This document shows, in pieces, positions 12,402 to 27,000 of a DNA stretch of 64,000 nucleotides; the first letter of the stretch is position 1; the number at the start of each line of letters is the position of its first letter. The notes beneath the pieces were generated by a model. The model did not search any database and was not told the DNA's origin. It was given only the letters and a program-made list of their open reading frames with translations. A program made the translations under genes and the position numbers. The DNA lies in NCBI GenBank assembly GCA_002245135.1, contig NGBS01000889.1, forward strand, positions 1-64,000, written 5' to 3'. The DNA comes from Proteromonas lacertae. Its lineage: Eukaryota.

Positions 12402-14929
12402 TTAATTATTTCCTTTAGCTTCTTCTTTCTCTTTTGCCCATTCTCTTAACAATTTATGATATTCTTCACATATGTTTGGCATATCTCTTTCTAGTTCTTC
12501 CAATTCTCTTCTTTTAGCATATTTATAGATATTCGGTAAGCATAAAATATCTAAGACAAACTATACATAAAATATATATAAATAACAGATTATACCAATA
12601 TTTGGCAAATAATCAAAATATTCTTCCAAATAAACTATCTTCATCTGGTTTAGTTTTTCTTCTTTGCCTTCTTCTGTTGTACTTTCTTCATTATAGTCAG
12701 TACTAGTTTCAAACTCATCTGGATCATATCCTGGTGGTAATGTTGGTGAAACTGTAGTAGGAGCTTCTGTTGTAGGTAAAACAGTTGTTGGAGTTTCTGT
12801 TGTAGGTGAAACAGTTGTTGGAGTTTCTGTTGTAGGTGAAACTGTTGTTGGAGTTTCTGTTGTAGGTGAAACTGTAGTTGGAGTTTCTGTTGTAGGTGAA
12901 ACTGTAGTAGGAGCTTCTGTTGTAGGTGAAACTGTAGTAGGAGTTTCTGTTGTAGGTGAAACAGTTGTTGGAGTTTCTGTTGTAGGTGAAACAGTTGTTG
13001 GAGTTTCTGTTGTAGGTGAAACTGTAGTAGGAGCTTCTGTTGTAGGTAAAACAGTTGTTGGAGTTTCTGTTGTAGGTGAAACTGTAGTTGGAGTTTCTGT
13101 TGTAGGTGAAACAGTTGTTGGAGCTTCTGTTGTAGGTGAAACTGTAGTAGGAGTTTCTGTTGTAGGTGAAACAGTTGTTGGAGTTTCTGTTGTAGGTAAA
13201 ACAGTTGTTGGAGTTTCTGTTGTAGGTGAAACTGTAGTAGGAGCTTCTGTTGTAGGTGAAACTGTAGTAGGAGCTTCTGTTGTAGGTGAAACAGTTGTTG
13301 GAGTTTCTGTTGTAGGTAAAACAGTTGTTGGAGTTTCTGTTGTAGGTGAAACTGTAGTAGGAGCTTCTGTTGTAGGTGAAACTGTAGTAGGAGTTTCTGT
13401 TGTAGGTGAAACAGTTGTTGGAGTTTCTGTTGTAGGTGAAACAGTTGTTGGAGTTTCTGTTGTAGGTGAAACTGTAGTAGGAGCTTCTGTTGTAGGTGAA
13501 ACTGTAGTAGGAGCTTCTGTTGTAGGTAAAACAGTTGTTGGAGTTTCTGTTGTAGGTGAAACTGTTGTTGGAGTTTCTGTTGTAGGTGAAACTGTAGTAG
13601 GAGCTTCTGTTGTAGGTAAACTGTTGTTGTAGTTTCTGTTGTAGGTGAAACTGTAGTTGGAACTTCTGTTGTTGGCTTAATTGTTGTTGGTATTAGTGAT
13701 ATATTTTCATAATGTTGATATTTATCAATGTGGCATATATCTCCTTTAACTGCTTTATATCCTTGAGGAACCTAAATAATATTATTATAGTTGTAATATA
13801 CTTTTAGAGGATTTGTCATTCCATTATAAGGACAATAATAATGATCATCATCACAAGGCAACATATCAACTTCATCTGTAGGACAGTAGTGACCTTTAGG
13901 ACAATCTTCACAAAACATTGTTCCAACATTCTTTTGCCATTGTCCATCTGGGCATCTTCCATCACAATATTTATGTTCATAACCATAAATTTTTGATTGA
14001 TTTGATTTCACCAACTCTGGACACAACTTTGCTTTACCATATGAACAATAAGAGTTTATTTTGAAAGGTAAAGAAGTTGTACTATTTTTTATACCAGCTA
14101 CATTAATACATTCTTTCACACATTCATATTCTTTTGCTTCTAAGACAGTTGTTCCATTGCAATATAATATTATCTTTGAGTCACAATTTGCTATTATATA
14201 AAAAATAAATGTATACTAATGAAGTCGCACTTTGAACAATCAGCTCCTATATATTGCTCACATAATATTCCATATGTTGGCTTTTCTGTGCATGTATTTA
14301 TTACATCATAAAATAGACCTTCATCATTACTTATAGCCTTTTCACATTCTTCTACCTTTTTCGGGACACTTGATCCTTCTGGGCAATAATGACTACTGAA
14401 ATTACATGGTAATTTATTTTTTTCATCTATTAAATAATATGTAACCATATACTTTCAGAACAATAATATCCTTCTTCACATTTTACGCATTTACGTTTTT
14501 CAACATTAAACTCTTCACCTTTTGGACAATGTTGGTTTCCACATAATTCATCGCTATACACATTTTCTTTAGGGATGTAAAGGCTGGGGCAATGATATCT
14601 GTATCCATATTTACAGTAGTATGCATATTGACAAGGAATAGATTGATGAGCGTTGACATAACTTTCGTTATAACAAAATGGTAAATAGTTTGGAATTGAC
14701 TACATAATTAATATTATTGAAAATATACTATAATTATTTCTTCTGTTGTAAATCCAGGGCAGTAGTAAACTCCTTCGGATGTGCATTGAGCTAGTTTAAT
14801 GTTAATTAGAAATATTAATACGATCTTCGCAAAGCAAACAACCTTTAGCTGTATGTCTTTCCCAACAGCACACTCATACCTTACACACAAGCAACAACAC
14901 AATAAAAAAGCTAAAACAATGAATTTCAT
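12402..14929 (-). CDS. Type I surface protein: signal peptide, Cys-rich CPxGxYC repeats, Thr/Pro mucin stalk, TM helix, short tail; contains apparent 1-nt deletions
   Basis: MKFIVLAFLLCCCLC leader; CEDCPKGHYCP, CEEGYYC and HYCPEGS motifs; TETPTTVSPT repeats; WKNILIICQILFVLDILCLP hydrophobic segment. Frame breaks at about 13620, 12655 and 12633. Confidence 0.7.
12744..13672 (-). repeat. Coding tandem repeat, 30-bp unit x about 31, encoding TE[T/A]PTTV[S/L]PT
   Basis: Visible 30-nt period (acagttgttggagtttctgttgtaggtgaa and variants) with a few shuffled polymorphic sites. Confidence 0.97.
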
Positions 14930-15031
14930 TGTAATGAAATTTGATAATCTAAACGAATTTAATTGGTTGATATTTCTTCTCAAGCCGAACCTATAAAAAA
15001 TAGACATTTCATATAAAGACACTGTATTTGA

Positions 15032-15980
15032 ATGTCTTTTAGTTTTGTATTTTTGTATTAATGTGTATTAATATGTATTATTATATTTTTCTATTTATCA
15101 CACATAGCATCGTCATATGCTTTTTTTGAATATTCAAGAGAAGATGCTTTAGAAAAAGGATATGGTCAGAAGAGTATTTTTGTTTGTTTATTTTAGTAAT
15201 TCGACCACCTTGGGCTGGAGGTAGATGTGTGTCTGCTCCACTTTTAAAAGTATTAAAAAATATATATGCAATATAGAATCAAATGTATTATTCAACAAAA
15301 GGCAATTCTTGGACAAATAAATATTTAACTCCAATTAATAGAAGAAAAGATCAGTTTGGTTATCGTCCTGATCTGGATGAATGTATGTCGATATTATATT
15401 TTATATAAATAGTTGCTAAAACAATGTATGAGAAAAAGAAAGAAGAAGAAGAAGTATAGTAGTTTTATTCTATACGTCTGTAATAGGAAAGAAAGGCTAT
15501 GGAGATGGATCGATTGAAAAGTTTCAGACAAGCTCAATTGGATTTAATGAAAGAAAGAAGAGAAGGTCATGATGCAATAGATGTATAATAATTATTATTA
15601 TTATTTATAGTATTCTCGTGGTGGTGGTGGTGTTACAATAACACGAGATGAAAGACATCGAAAGAAATATATAGTAAAAGATAATTTATATTATCATGGA
15701 AGATGGAATAAATGGACAAATTTATCACATATACCTGAGAATAGAATCCCTTTGTTATGTAGACCATATATAATAGAGAAAGATGAAGAAGCAGCTCGAA
15801 CAATTGATAATAAAAGGCAAGAAGAAGTAGAATATGAATATGCAAGACAAGATTATTTAGGATATTTAGCTGAAGAAGATAAAGCTCATTTAGATCATCA
15901 AAGAGCAGTAAGACAATCATTTGAAGATAGTTTATATGGTCCTAATAGATGTAAATCACATCAACCAAAGTATAATATTA

Positions 15981-16015
<35 letters not shown>

Positions 16016-16878
16016 GATGTTATACAGCAAGTGAAAGAACTGAAGCATTAGCTCAACCAAAGAATAAAATATATGATCCAAATGGTCCAGAAACAGCTGA
16101 TTATACTGGTTTAATAACTACATCAACAGCAGCTCCTCAGATATATCAATCATTACATCGTCCTTATAAAGAAACAAATACAAAATATTCGTTAGATGAT
16201 TGGATAGAAAGATCAAAAAGATCATCATCAACATCCTCCTCATCTAATAAGAAGAAGATGACATTAAGTGAACATAGTAGTGATATTCCATATAGTTTAC
16301 CTGATAATGAAGAATATTCTGATGATGATATTCCTCCATTTAATGAGTTATTAAATGATAATAATAGTAATGAAGAACAACAACAACAACAACAACAACA
16401 TGAAGATTATAATGATGATGAAAATGTAAGATATATATCACCAGATACAGAAGTAATTCCAACCAAAGTAGGTACAATGTTTGTGAATAGATCTGAATAT
16501 CCCGAGCCAAAGAGTGTAATATCTCCTGATTTAGCTGATAATGTATATCATAGTGTAAGTGAAACATCCTTAGAAAGAAATGATAGAATAGAAGGAATGA
16601 ATCATATTGATGATTTATATAAACATTCAGCACCTCCAATAGATAAAGGAGATGAAGTGAAGAATAGAAATCCCAAACCAATTCAAGAATATACTTCCCC
16701 AAGAGATTCTCCGAGATTGAATAAAACAAATAACAACAAAATTAGAAAACCATCATTTATTAGCAACTATTGGGAATATGTTGATAATGAGACAAAGAAG
16801 AAGGAAGATAAGAAGAAGAAAGAAGAACATTTACTTCCAATATTACAGAAATCTTATCCTCAAGGGCAGTTAATATAA
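15032..16878 (+). CDS. Hypothetical hydrophilic low-complexity protein, many short exons; start tentative
   Basis: Open exons separated by GTAT...TAG introns from about 15100 to 16017, ending in ORF 16258-16878. Confidence 0.5.
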
Positions 16879-17006
16879 ATATAAGTATTATGTATATTGT
16901 TTATCTTGTTTCTTTGATTTCGAGGAAATATAAAAGAGAAAATAATACAATACATGTAAATGACATAAATACATGTAATTGAAATTTTTTAAATCATCTA
17001 TTAAAT

Positions 17007-17969
17007 ATGAACGAATTGGATATAAAATATAACAACTCATATATGGATGATGTAGCATGCTATGAAGAGTCAATGAAAAGAAAGCGGGACATATCTCCAC
17101 AAATGTCGTCTATACTACCACAATATAAATGTAAGCAGTTTTGTACGTCAAATGCATTTACGCAAAAGGCAACATCGTCGAATACAAAACCTGTTTGCAT
17201 TAATGGATCAGTTATGTACTTACGAAAGAATTTGAGGTTATTATTGTTAATAGGTTTTTTTAAAGATGACTTACAAAATAAATTTAACAACTGTGATAGT
17301 ATAAAATTAATTGATAAAAAAGGAAAAGAAAAGAAGAATATACAAGTTGATATTTGTACAAGCACACACGATTTGAATGTGTTGAAAAATTATACATATG
17401 ATTATATATTTTATGCAAAGACTGATTCAGATAGTGAAGTTAAAAAACAGAATTCACAATTGTACAAAACAGTTGAAACAAACTTCAAAAATTACACAAT
17501 ACCTTTAGTATATTGTATATTTTATAATTATAAATAGGTTGAAACAATGTTTAATGATAAGATGGTTGAAATTAAATGTGATAATGATAATATGAAAAAA
17601 ATAACTCGTCATCATGGTTATAATTCTCTTGATTTTAAATATGCCTCTGGACAAGTTTCATCTAAAGATTATGAAGAAAATAATAATATAAAAAAGAAAA
17701 AAACAAATGATAATGAAAAAGAAGATATTTTAGTTTTTGCATTTGTTGGGTCTGATAATCATTTTGATAAAGAATTGATTGATAAATGTTATGATGATTA
17801 TCTATTAAACGAGAAATTAACTTCAAGAGATTTAGAAATATTAAAAGAAATCGAAAACGAGCAAATTGACATTCCTATTAATTATAATGATAGTTATGAA
17901 AGTGAAGATGATAATGATGATGTTTTTAAGGATTTGTCGCCATTGTCAAATGATTTGTTTTATTTTTAA
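17007..17969 (+). CDS. Hypothetical protein, spliced
   Basis: ORFs 17007-17537 and 17547-17969 are joined by a GT-AG intron at about 17508-17537. Confidence 0.55.
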
Positions 17970-18042
17970 GTTTTATTTAATTTTATTGTTTTTTTCTTAT
18001 ATATTAAAGCAAAACAAGAATATATTAATTATATTATATATA

Positions 18043-21000
18043 TTAATTTGAACTAGCCAATGGATTATTAGATACTAATTTACTAGATTTCTTTATTACA
18101 GCATCATATATTATTCCTTCAATTTCTGGATCTAAAAAGAATCTATCTGATTCAGATATTGTGGCAATTTCTATTGGTAATCTATCCAATATATGAGGAG
18201 TTACTCTGAATCTTCCTTTACTGGCTTGTTTCTTTTGTAGTTTTGACTTTTCACGACTTGTACTTCCACTATGAGATAAAGAACTTGACATCCATGTTGT
18301 TCTTAACTCAAATAAATATATATAAGATATTTTATTTCCAAACAAAATCAATACGATAAAAAATACTCCTACTTCTACACCAATTCCTCTTATTCCCATT
18401 AATGTATCTGGTTCTGAATCCATTAAATAGTTTAATGGAATTAATATCACTCCTAATATCAATATAACTGATATAGTTGATAATAAAGGCATTGATTCGT
18501 TAAACTCGGATGATGCTTTTCTTACACTCCATGCAATTTTAGCACCAAATAAACAAGAGATTGTTATAACTGCGATTTGAATAAATACAAAGGCAATATT
18601 CTCTGTACATTCTTGTAAATAAATATCTTCTAAATATGTTGAATATGTTTCACTGTATGATAATTCTGGTTTTGATCTATCTACACCCCACCATATTGCT
18701 AAATATATTAATTCGATTATTATAAACACGCCTATCATCTTTAAAATCATCCAATTAGACATTTTTACTCTCATTAGCTCTCGGTTATTAAATAATTTAT
18801 GGATTCTCCAAGCTTTACATATTAATATTGATAATAAGAACGTTATGGCTGAAGCTAAAAACCATACTCGAAATGCACATATATACTCTTCACTAGGCTT
18901 CACTACAAATATATCACCAATACAAGCTAATAAAGCTAAGGATAAGAGAGTATAGAATAGAAATATTGGACTAGAACTTTTAATTATTTTTGATTTCTTA
19001 TATTTGAATATTATATACGCAATTAAAATACAGAAGCAACAGATAATTACAGATAAACTAATAATCACATTTCTTATAGTATCACTTAATTCATATGTTG
19101 AAATGATTTTAGTATAAATACAATCAGATGGGTTTAAATATATTGGTATTGCTTCTAATACATTTTCTTTTCCTTGCTTTGGATGAACTTGCATTATACT
19201 ACTTTCTGACAATCTAAATATATATACATTCTTTGATATATGATTGTTATTTAATACTTTCGTTACACCAGATGGAGAATTCAAAGAAATATACTTCAAA
19301 CTTAATTCAATATAATCATTAGAAGGCCATTTAGTTGGTGAATAATCTGATGAATATTCAACAGCTGTTTTCCATAAATATATTGATGTATAACTATTTT
19401 CATATAACTCATTCAGTTCAAATGCATTTTGGAAATATGATGTTGTTAATTTTTGAAATTTGCTAGATTCCCTTACAGATACACCTGAAGAATATGGAGA
19501 TACAACAAAAGAACCTTTTATTAATGTTCGATAATCTGATGCAATATCTGCAGGATCATATTTTAGGAAGAATAAAATCATATTTTTGTATTTTGAACTC
19601 TTCGTGATAAATTGAACGAATTTTTCATTTTCTGAAGCTATAAATAGATTAATTATTGCTATTCTATCATAAGTATCCAATATTTCTTCTATTTTGAAAA
19701 TTACTTCATTTGCTGCTACATCATAAAATGGTGAAAACATTGAATAGCCAATCACATTTATGCCTACTTGTTTAAACCCTGAAGATATTACAAATATTTC
19801 ATTTTCAGTAGAATTTCTTTCAGGTCCAACTATATAAGCTAAATTCAATCCAATTGTTGAAAAATATTGTAATAAAGCTTGAGTTCTTTGGTTTATACTT
19901 AATCCTGTTACTATTAAATTCTTATTAAATGTATAACCATCATCTCTACCTGTAAATATAAACATAGAATCTCGATTCTCTAAGTATCTATTTACTTCTT
20001 TATTACATTCAGCTGTTATACATCCAAAGAATGTATTACTCTTTCCTAATTCAAATATACTTCGAACATTTACAAATCCATTATTTATAGTTATCCAACT
20101 ATGATTAGATTTTAATTCCCTTCCTAATACACCTCCATTTGCATTGATTTCATCAATAATAACATCTTGTAATAAACAATTATACTTCTCAGTTTTACCT
20201 CCTAAATCTGTTTCATGTAAGAATGTCAATACAATTGGATCACTACAGTATTTTGCACCTTTATTTTCATCACTTAAATCACAGGAACAGCCAAAATCAT
20301 CATTATTATATGGATCATATAATTTTGGAATATATAAAGCAGTTGATCCCCAATTTATTTCATTATGTCCATTTTCATCTATTTGAGCACAATATATTCT
20401 TCTCTTCACATAATTATTTGTATGAATTTCAATTTGACCAGATGGAACATCCAAATAATAATGAAAATAATCAGTAAAATCAGATACTTTAATAGAATTA
20501 CTTTTTTGTACTATTGTTTTCCATATTTGCATTGCAGTATAAGCAGATTCAATCTCTCCATTTATTGATATTTCCATACCAATTCTTGTATGAACAATTT
20601 TATTCATTGTTTCAGCCATATATGGAATATCAAGTTTATTATGTTCACTATCAGCTAATTCTTCAAAATATGAATTCAAAGTCATCATTCCATATTTACA
20701 ACTGTTATCTAAAAACTCAATATTCATTGAATTTAATATAACATTTATAAATCTATATTTCGGATATCTAAACTCAGTTTCTTCACAAATTGCCATAAAA
20801 AATTCAGATTGTATTTCATCACTATTAAGAATAGTAATAATATTACCACCATCATTCAAAGCACGATTCATATCTTTCAATACATTTCTTAATGTTGTAT
20901 ATACTTCTGTACCTTTGGATGTTAATTGCATATTTTGCATTTTATTTACGATTCTTTCAGATATATTTGAAGCATAATAATCATTAGTGTGTAATATAAA

Positions 21001-24000
21001 TGCATCAGTTCCTATTTCTAATAATTTTCTGATTGTTGCTTCTGCTAATTGATAAGGCGTTACATGTGTTTGTATCACATGCTTATAACAGTCATTGCCA
21101 TAAGAATTTCCTATATGAAAAAAATAATTTGAACTGTTTGAAAACATTGGACCTAATATTTCTAATGCTTCTGCTGAATCTCCACCAAATACAAACTCTA
21201 TATTGTCATTATCTAACATTTCTTTTGCTTTTTCTTTCAATATTTCATTACTTGATTGACTGTCCAATAATTTATAATCAATATAATATCCTATTAATTT
21301 GTCTGGACTATCATTTATTTCATCCATTGCTGCTAATATAGCATCAAATAGTAAATTACCTTTACTACTTGATTCACCTGTCATTGGTAATATTATTCCT
21401 ATTACTACTGTTGGAACACTTTCACCATCTAAGATATTTGGATCAGAAAAATCACACCTTCTATAAGCAAGTCCTGAATTCTTCAACACTTCTGGCACTT
21501 GAGCATCTCCTGCTTTGTAAGTTATTTCTGTGTATTTATTTTCATCATACACAAACATCAATTTTGGAATTCTTGCTAAATATTGATTATTACTAAAATA
21601 TATTTCTCCTTCTATTGTTTCATATTTAAAACCTCTTAATACATTCTTTACTTTAACTACTGACAAATCTGCTACCAAATCTCCATTTTCATAGGTTATT
21701 GTTTTAGGTAATGTATTAGCAGATTTAGCTAATAACATACCAGATGTTCTTGCTCTTACCATTAAATCAGAAACTACTACTTCTGAATCAATTCTTTGAT
21801 ATATCTCATTCACAAATTTTGTATTTATTTCACTTGGATCATCTTTCCAATAAAATCCAAAATACTCATAATTTGTAAAACTTAATGGCAAGATCTCTTG
21901 TATATTCTTCATTACAATAACATTAGTTGTATAAATATAAAAATTTTCATTCATTGCTGTCATTAATTTATCAAATACTACTGAATGTCCCCAATATAAA
22001 ATGCATTTCATTGACAATCCTCCATCACTTGATAATATATCTAAAACATCATTAATATTAAATTCATCATCTTTACTATAACTTATATAATCATGTGGCA
22101 TATAATGACTATTCATAAATCCAACAGTATACTCTGCGATTATATCATTTTCAGGTGTTATTACAATCAATTTATCATAAAGTCTATTTCTAATTACATT
22201 CAAAGCCGAATCATAATATTCATAATAATTATTAGCAACAAATATATGACTTGCACATTTATCTCTTTCAATTGTATTTAATTGGAATAGTATGCTTTTT
22301 GTTTCGACAACTGGATTTATAATTTCTAAACAATCATCACTTAAGTAACTAAATACAGCTAATGGATTTTTATCTATTATATATTCATAGATTGTAGTTC
22401 TGCATGAATCTATATTAGATCCTTCATCGTAAATATCAGGTTCTATTGTATAACCACCTATTCCACCTTCATCATTTATATTACTAACCATTAATTGAAA
22501 TGCATCAACTAATCCTACAGTTTCTTTGGAAGATGTACCAGTTAAAGATGCTACTAATGCTAATCTTTTCACTGGAACTTTATATTTATCAGCATCCTCT
22601 CTTCCTGAACTAAATGAACAAATATAACTATAGCTATTGTCTAAATTCCAATTCCAGGCTTTAGGTGCTTCTTGATCCAGTTTACTGTAAATTAAATTAC
22701 AATATTGACCATTTGAATCATATTTGATGATAAAAAATGGTGATGTGATATAATGACTATCTGTTAATGTCAATACTCCACTACCTACTTCTAATGTTAA
22801 ACCATAAGAAGCGCTTCTGACTTCATCAATATTAAAACTGCCTGCTTTCTTAGCTGCATATCCATATAGCATTATACTAGCATAAGTTGATTCAAACAAC
22901 CCAGTTGGCATGTTCAAATCTACATAATTCATAACTTTCTTTATATAATTTGTATTTGTATCAGTAACTGCATCATATGTATATCTTACAAGCTTATATA
23001 CATCCTTACGTAATGAAACATCCAAATTATCAAATTCTTCTAACTCTAATAAAGTATCAACTATTCCAATTACACTTGTATCTACTCCTAATCGTGTATA
23101 ATACATCATAAATGTTTTAAATATATCAATCTTTGTAACTGTTGATATTATTATTCCATGTTTCAATTGTTTAGTAATTTCTACTACTGTCTGATATGTA
23201 ATTGGATTTGAATCACTAACTAAAAATGACCCAGCTTTTTCTATCAAACCTTCAGCTTGAGCTTCAATCATTGTATTAACATCAACGGAATAATAAATAT
23301 CTTCAGCTAAGGTGAAATAATAATCATAATCAGTTTGAAGTAGATATTCAACTAATCTTGTAACATATTGATTTGAAACAAGGGATGTATAAAACATATA
23401 TTTATTACATTCTTCTCCTACTGATAATCTAGGATAATATAATAATCTGTTTGTTTCAACTAGTTTAGTTTGGACAATTGATTTACATTGTCCTCTTGTA
23501 CATCCAACAAATGCTACAAGGTCTTTATCATCATCATATTTATCTAATAATGTTTTTAAATACTCTTCATCACTATGATAATCCATAAATTCCATTAGTA
23601 ATATATGACCATTAATTGGTCCTTCATCATACAACTCTCGAAATGCAGTTATTGCTGCTAATATCGCTTTTGAATGAACTTTCTTCATATCACCAGATGT
23701 TGAAAATATAATTCCAATCTTCTTTGATGGTAATAAATATTTCGTATTATTATATTGAAAACTACATCTATATAATGGTTCAGATCTAAATATATTACCA
23801 TAAGGTCTATTTACTAACATTATAGAGGTTTGCCAAATCACTTTCGTTTGTAATTTACCATTATCATCCAAATACCATTGTTTATAAGATAATACATTAT
23901 CCATATTATTATTCTCATGAAATGTAAATTCACCCAATGCAGTGTTGGTTGGATATAAATAAAGATTTCTTCGAAATTCTTCATAATTGATCGATTTACA

Positions 24001-27000
24001 TTTACTTGCTATATTTATAAAGATTTGAGTCATTGCAAATCCTCTTGCTGCTATTATATTTGTTAATCCAACAAATGTAAACAGTTGGTTAAAATAGTCT
24101 TGTACAGTCACTAAAGCATCATTATTATCATCTTCAATAAATGAATCCCAATAATAATGTCCAGCTACATCATTACCTAGTAAACTCACAGCTACATTAT
24201 TCATATTTATATTGAATGAATAAAACAATGGTGGTAATAAACCATGAGCAGTCATTGCAGGTATTAAATTATACTTTGCATCTCCTTCTAGCATATTAAT
24301 CAAAATAGCACCTTGTGGAGATAATCTTTTTATTGTTTGAGTTACATCAGATACATCAGTTTTACTTAAAGGAAAACGATAAACTGCTTTAAATGATCTT
24401 CCTAAATATGCATAATCATCAATAAGATGTTGAGAGAAATATGCAGAATATGTTGTATCTGTATAAAACAAATATTGATCAAATGATGATAAATCCATTA
24501 AGATAGGTATTAATGTATACTATTGAAATAATAAATAAATATATAAATATACAAAACTAGAATATGAAAGACCTGAATAATATCCATTATAATAACATTC
24601 TTCACCTTCATAATCGGTTGGGAAAAAGAATAAAAACTTCAATTCATCAGCTGCTTCCATCACAGCTCTTCTAATTTCTACTGTAAAACCACCAAATATT
24701 ACAAATATATTCTGTTCTTCTACCATTTTAATTACATTCTTTTTGGCTAATTCTGGGTCATCTTCATCATGAATAATCCATAACATCAAATACATACCAT
24801 CAACTCCACCTTCATCATCATTTTGTTTATCAATAACTGTATATATAGCAGAATAATATAATAATGCATCTCTTCTATAGGCTGGATTGTTTGGAAGTAA
24901 TAATCCTATTTTGTAAGATGGTTGTTGCATATTACCATGCATTCCAGTCATCCAATCACATTCAAAATATTTGGCTCTATTCACTTTCATTCTATAACTT
25001 TCTCCTTTCCATACATTTGATACTGTCAATTTATAATCAATAAAGCCATTTTCATTTATAACACCAAAATAAGAAGCATGTAAAAAGTCATTATCCATTG
25101 TGAATTTCAAATTACCCATTGCAGTTTCCATTGTTGTAACATACAATTGGGTTTGAATATCTTTTAAACCAAATGTCTGTGATTCAGTAATTACTTGAAG
25201 AAACCATTTTGTTGAGGCACTTACAACTAAATCTTTTAATTCTATATAATCTTCTTTATCAGCAATATAATCATAAACCTGTCTAAACTGTTTATCTAAA
25301 GGATTGTCTGTTTCAATTATTGAACTATAAACATAATGACCTTTAGCAAATGTACCATTAAAATGGGTATTTGTATTATCAAATAAATATATTGTATAAT
25401 CTTTTGACATATCTTTTGAAGAACTATATTCTTCTAATGAACCAAAGAAATTATAATAATTTCTAAACAGCGATTGTGATTGATCTCCTTCTAATAGTGC
25501 AACTATTGAACAACCATTAGGTAAACTCTTTCTTATTATGCCTAGATAAGAATACAAATCTTCATCATATGTAATTTCATCCACTTCTTGATATAATTTT
25601 ACATCAATACCAAATGCTGTTAAGATATCCTTAATAAAAGTGATCCTATCACTATATAATTTATTAGCAGTATATAAAACGACAATATCTTTGGATGTAT
25701 GATATAATAAATGCAATAATGTTGGATATACTTCTTGTCCTTGTGTAACTGATGCAGATATTATTTCTTGAACACATACATGACCTTCATTAAAACCAGT
25801 ATAAACAAATAATGCATCTAATGACTGAATAATATCTTGAATAATATCTCTCTTTTCAGGATTACATCCACCAATTATCAGATTAAACCCACGATTAAAG
25901 AACCTTATTATTAATGGAGCAGCATCATCTAAAGTTTGAGGACATTGATATAATTCAGTATACTATTTATATAAAAAATTATAATAAAAACTATAATTGT
26001 AATATACAACTGGTGTTCCTTGTATCCCTCCATTAAAATTGATTGTCTCAACATGTTCTTGTACTAACATATAATCCAAAAATCCTGAAGAATCAGTCAA
26101 ATCAAATAAACATGCAATTCCTATAAATACAGTAGATTTCATGGTTAGATTATTTGCCAATGAGAAATCTGCAACATAATACTCTTGGTTGTTTTTCTAT
26201 GTTAAAATTAATAAAAGAATAAAATATAATATATACTAGTTGATTGTATGGTTTAGCATTAATAGGAAATGGAATTTCCATAACAATCTGTAAATCATCT
26301 TCAAGAATTTTGCCAATAAACATATGACTTGATATGTAATTAGATTTATCTATTTTTACATTTTCATGTAAACCTTCATAAGTAAGACTATATATTGCAT
26401 TTCTTAATTCAGTTGAAGATGAATTTGTACTAATAGAAGCTTTTGCATTGCTAATCATATTAATACTATCATAAATGATAACAAATCCTTGATTAACAAT
26501 ATCAAATGATTTACCCTTTGATTTATCCAAGAATGCTTTAAATTCTACATATTTTGGATGTATTTTACATAAAGTATTGTATGAAGTTATTGCATAATGA
26601 CCAGTGTATTCATCACCATAATAATCATCATAATCAAATAACATTAACGGATTTTTCTCTTTATCATATTTATTAGCAGTATAATATTCATGCTACAAAT
26701 GATGGAATATCAGTATCTAATATACAAATAATAGCGATTTGATCATTAGCATTATTATCAATTACATCATCAATTTTAGCAAATGCATCAGCTGGTTTTG
26801 TATCATTATACATTATTGGTTCTACAAGTGGTGGTTTTTTAACAAATTCATACAATAATTTCAAATAATAGATTCTTTGTTCTAACAACATAGTCTTCTT
26901 GCTTGAAACAACAATATATTTCTTGAATTTATACAATATCCAATAGAATGGATATTCTAAATATTGATGAGTGATATGATTGATCTATTTATTATATTGA

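Noticed and set aside
12744..13672. 30-bp periodic array as a CRISPR array
   Set aside because: Units are contiguous with no unique spacers, lie in frame with a Thr/Pro-rich coding region, and no cas genes are present in this eukaryotic context.
15970..16017. (TAA)n, (TA)n and (CAA)n microsatellites as functional elements
   Set aside because: They sit inside introns or encode poly-Q/N tracts, consistent with ordinary slippage.
17930..17990. Polyadenylation-created stop codons of Blastocystis type
   Set aside because: TGTTT-like words follow several gene ends, but the genes I traced have genomic stop codons; this cannot be claimed without transcripts.
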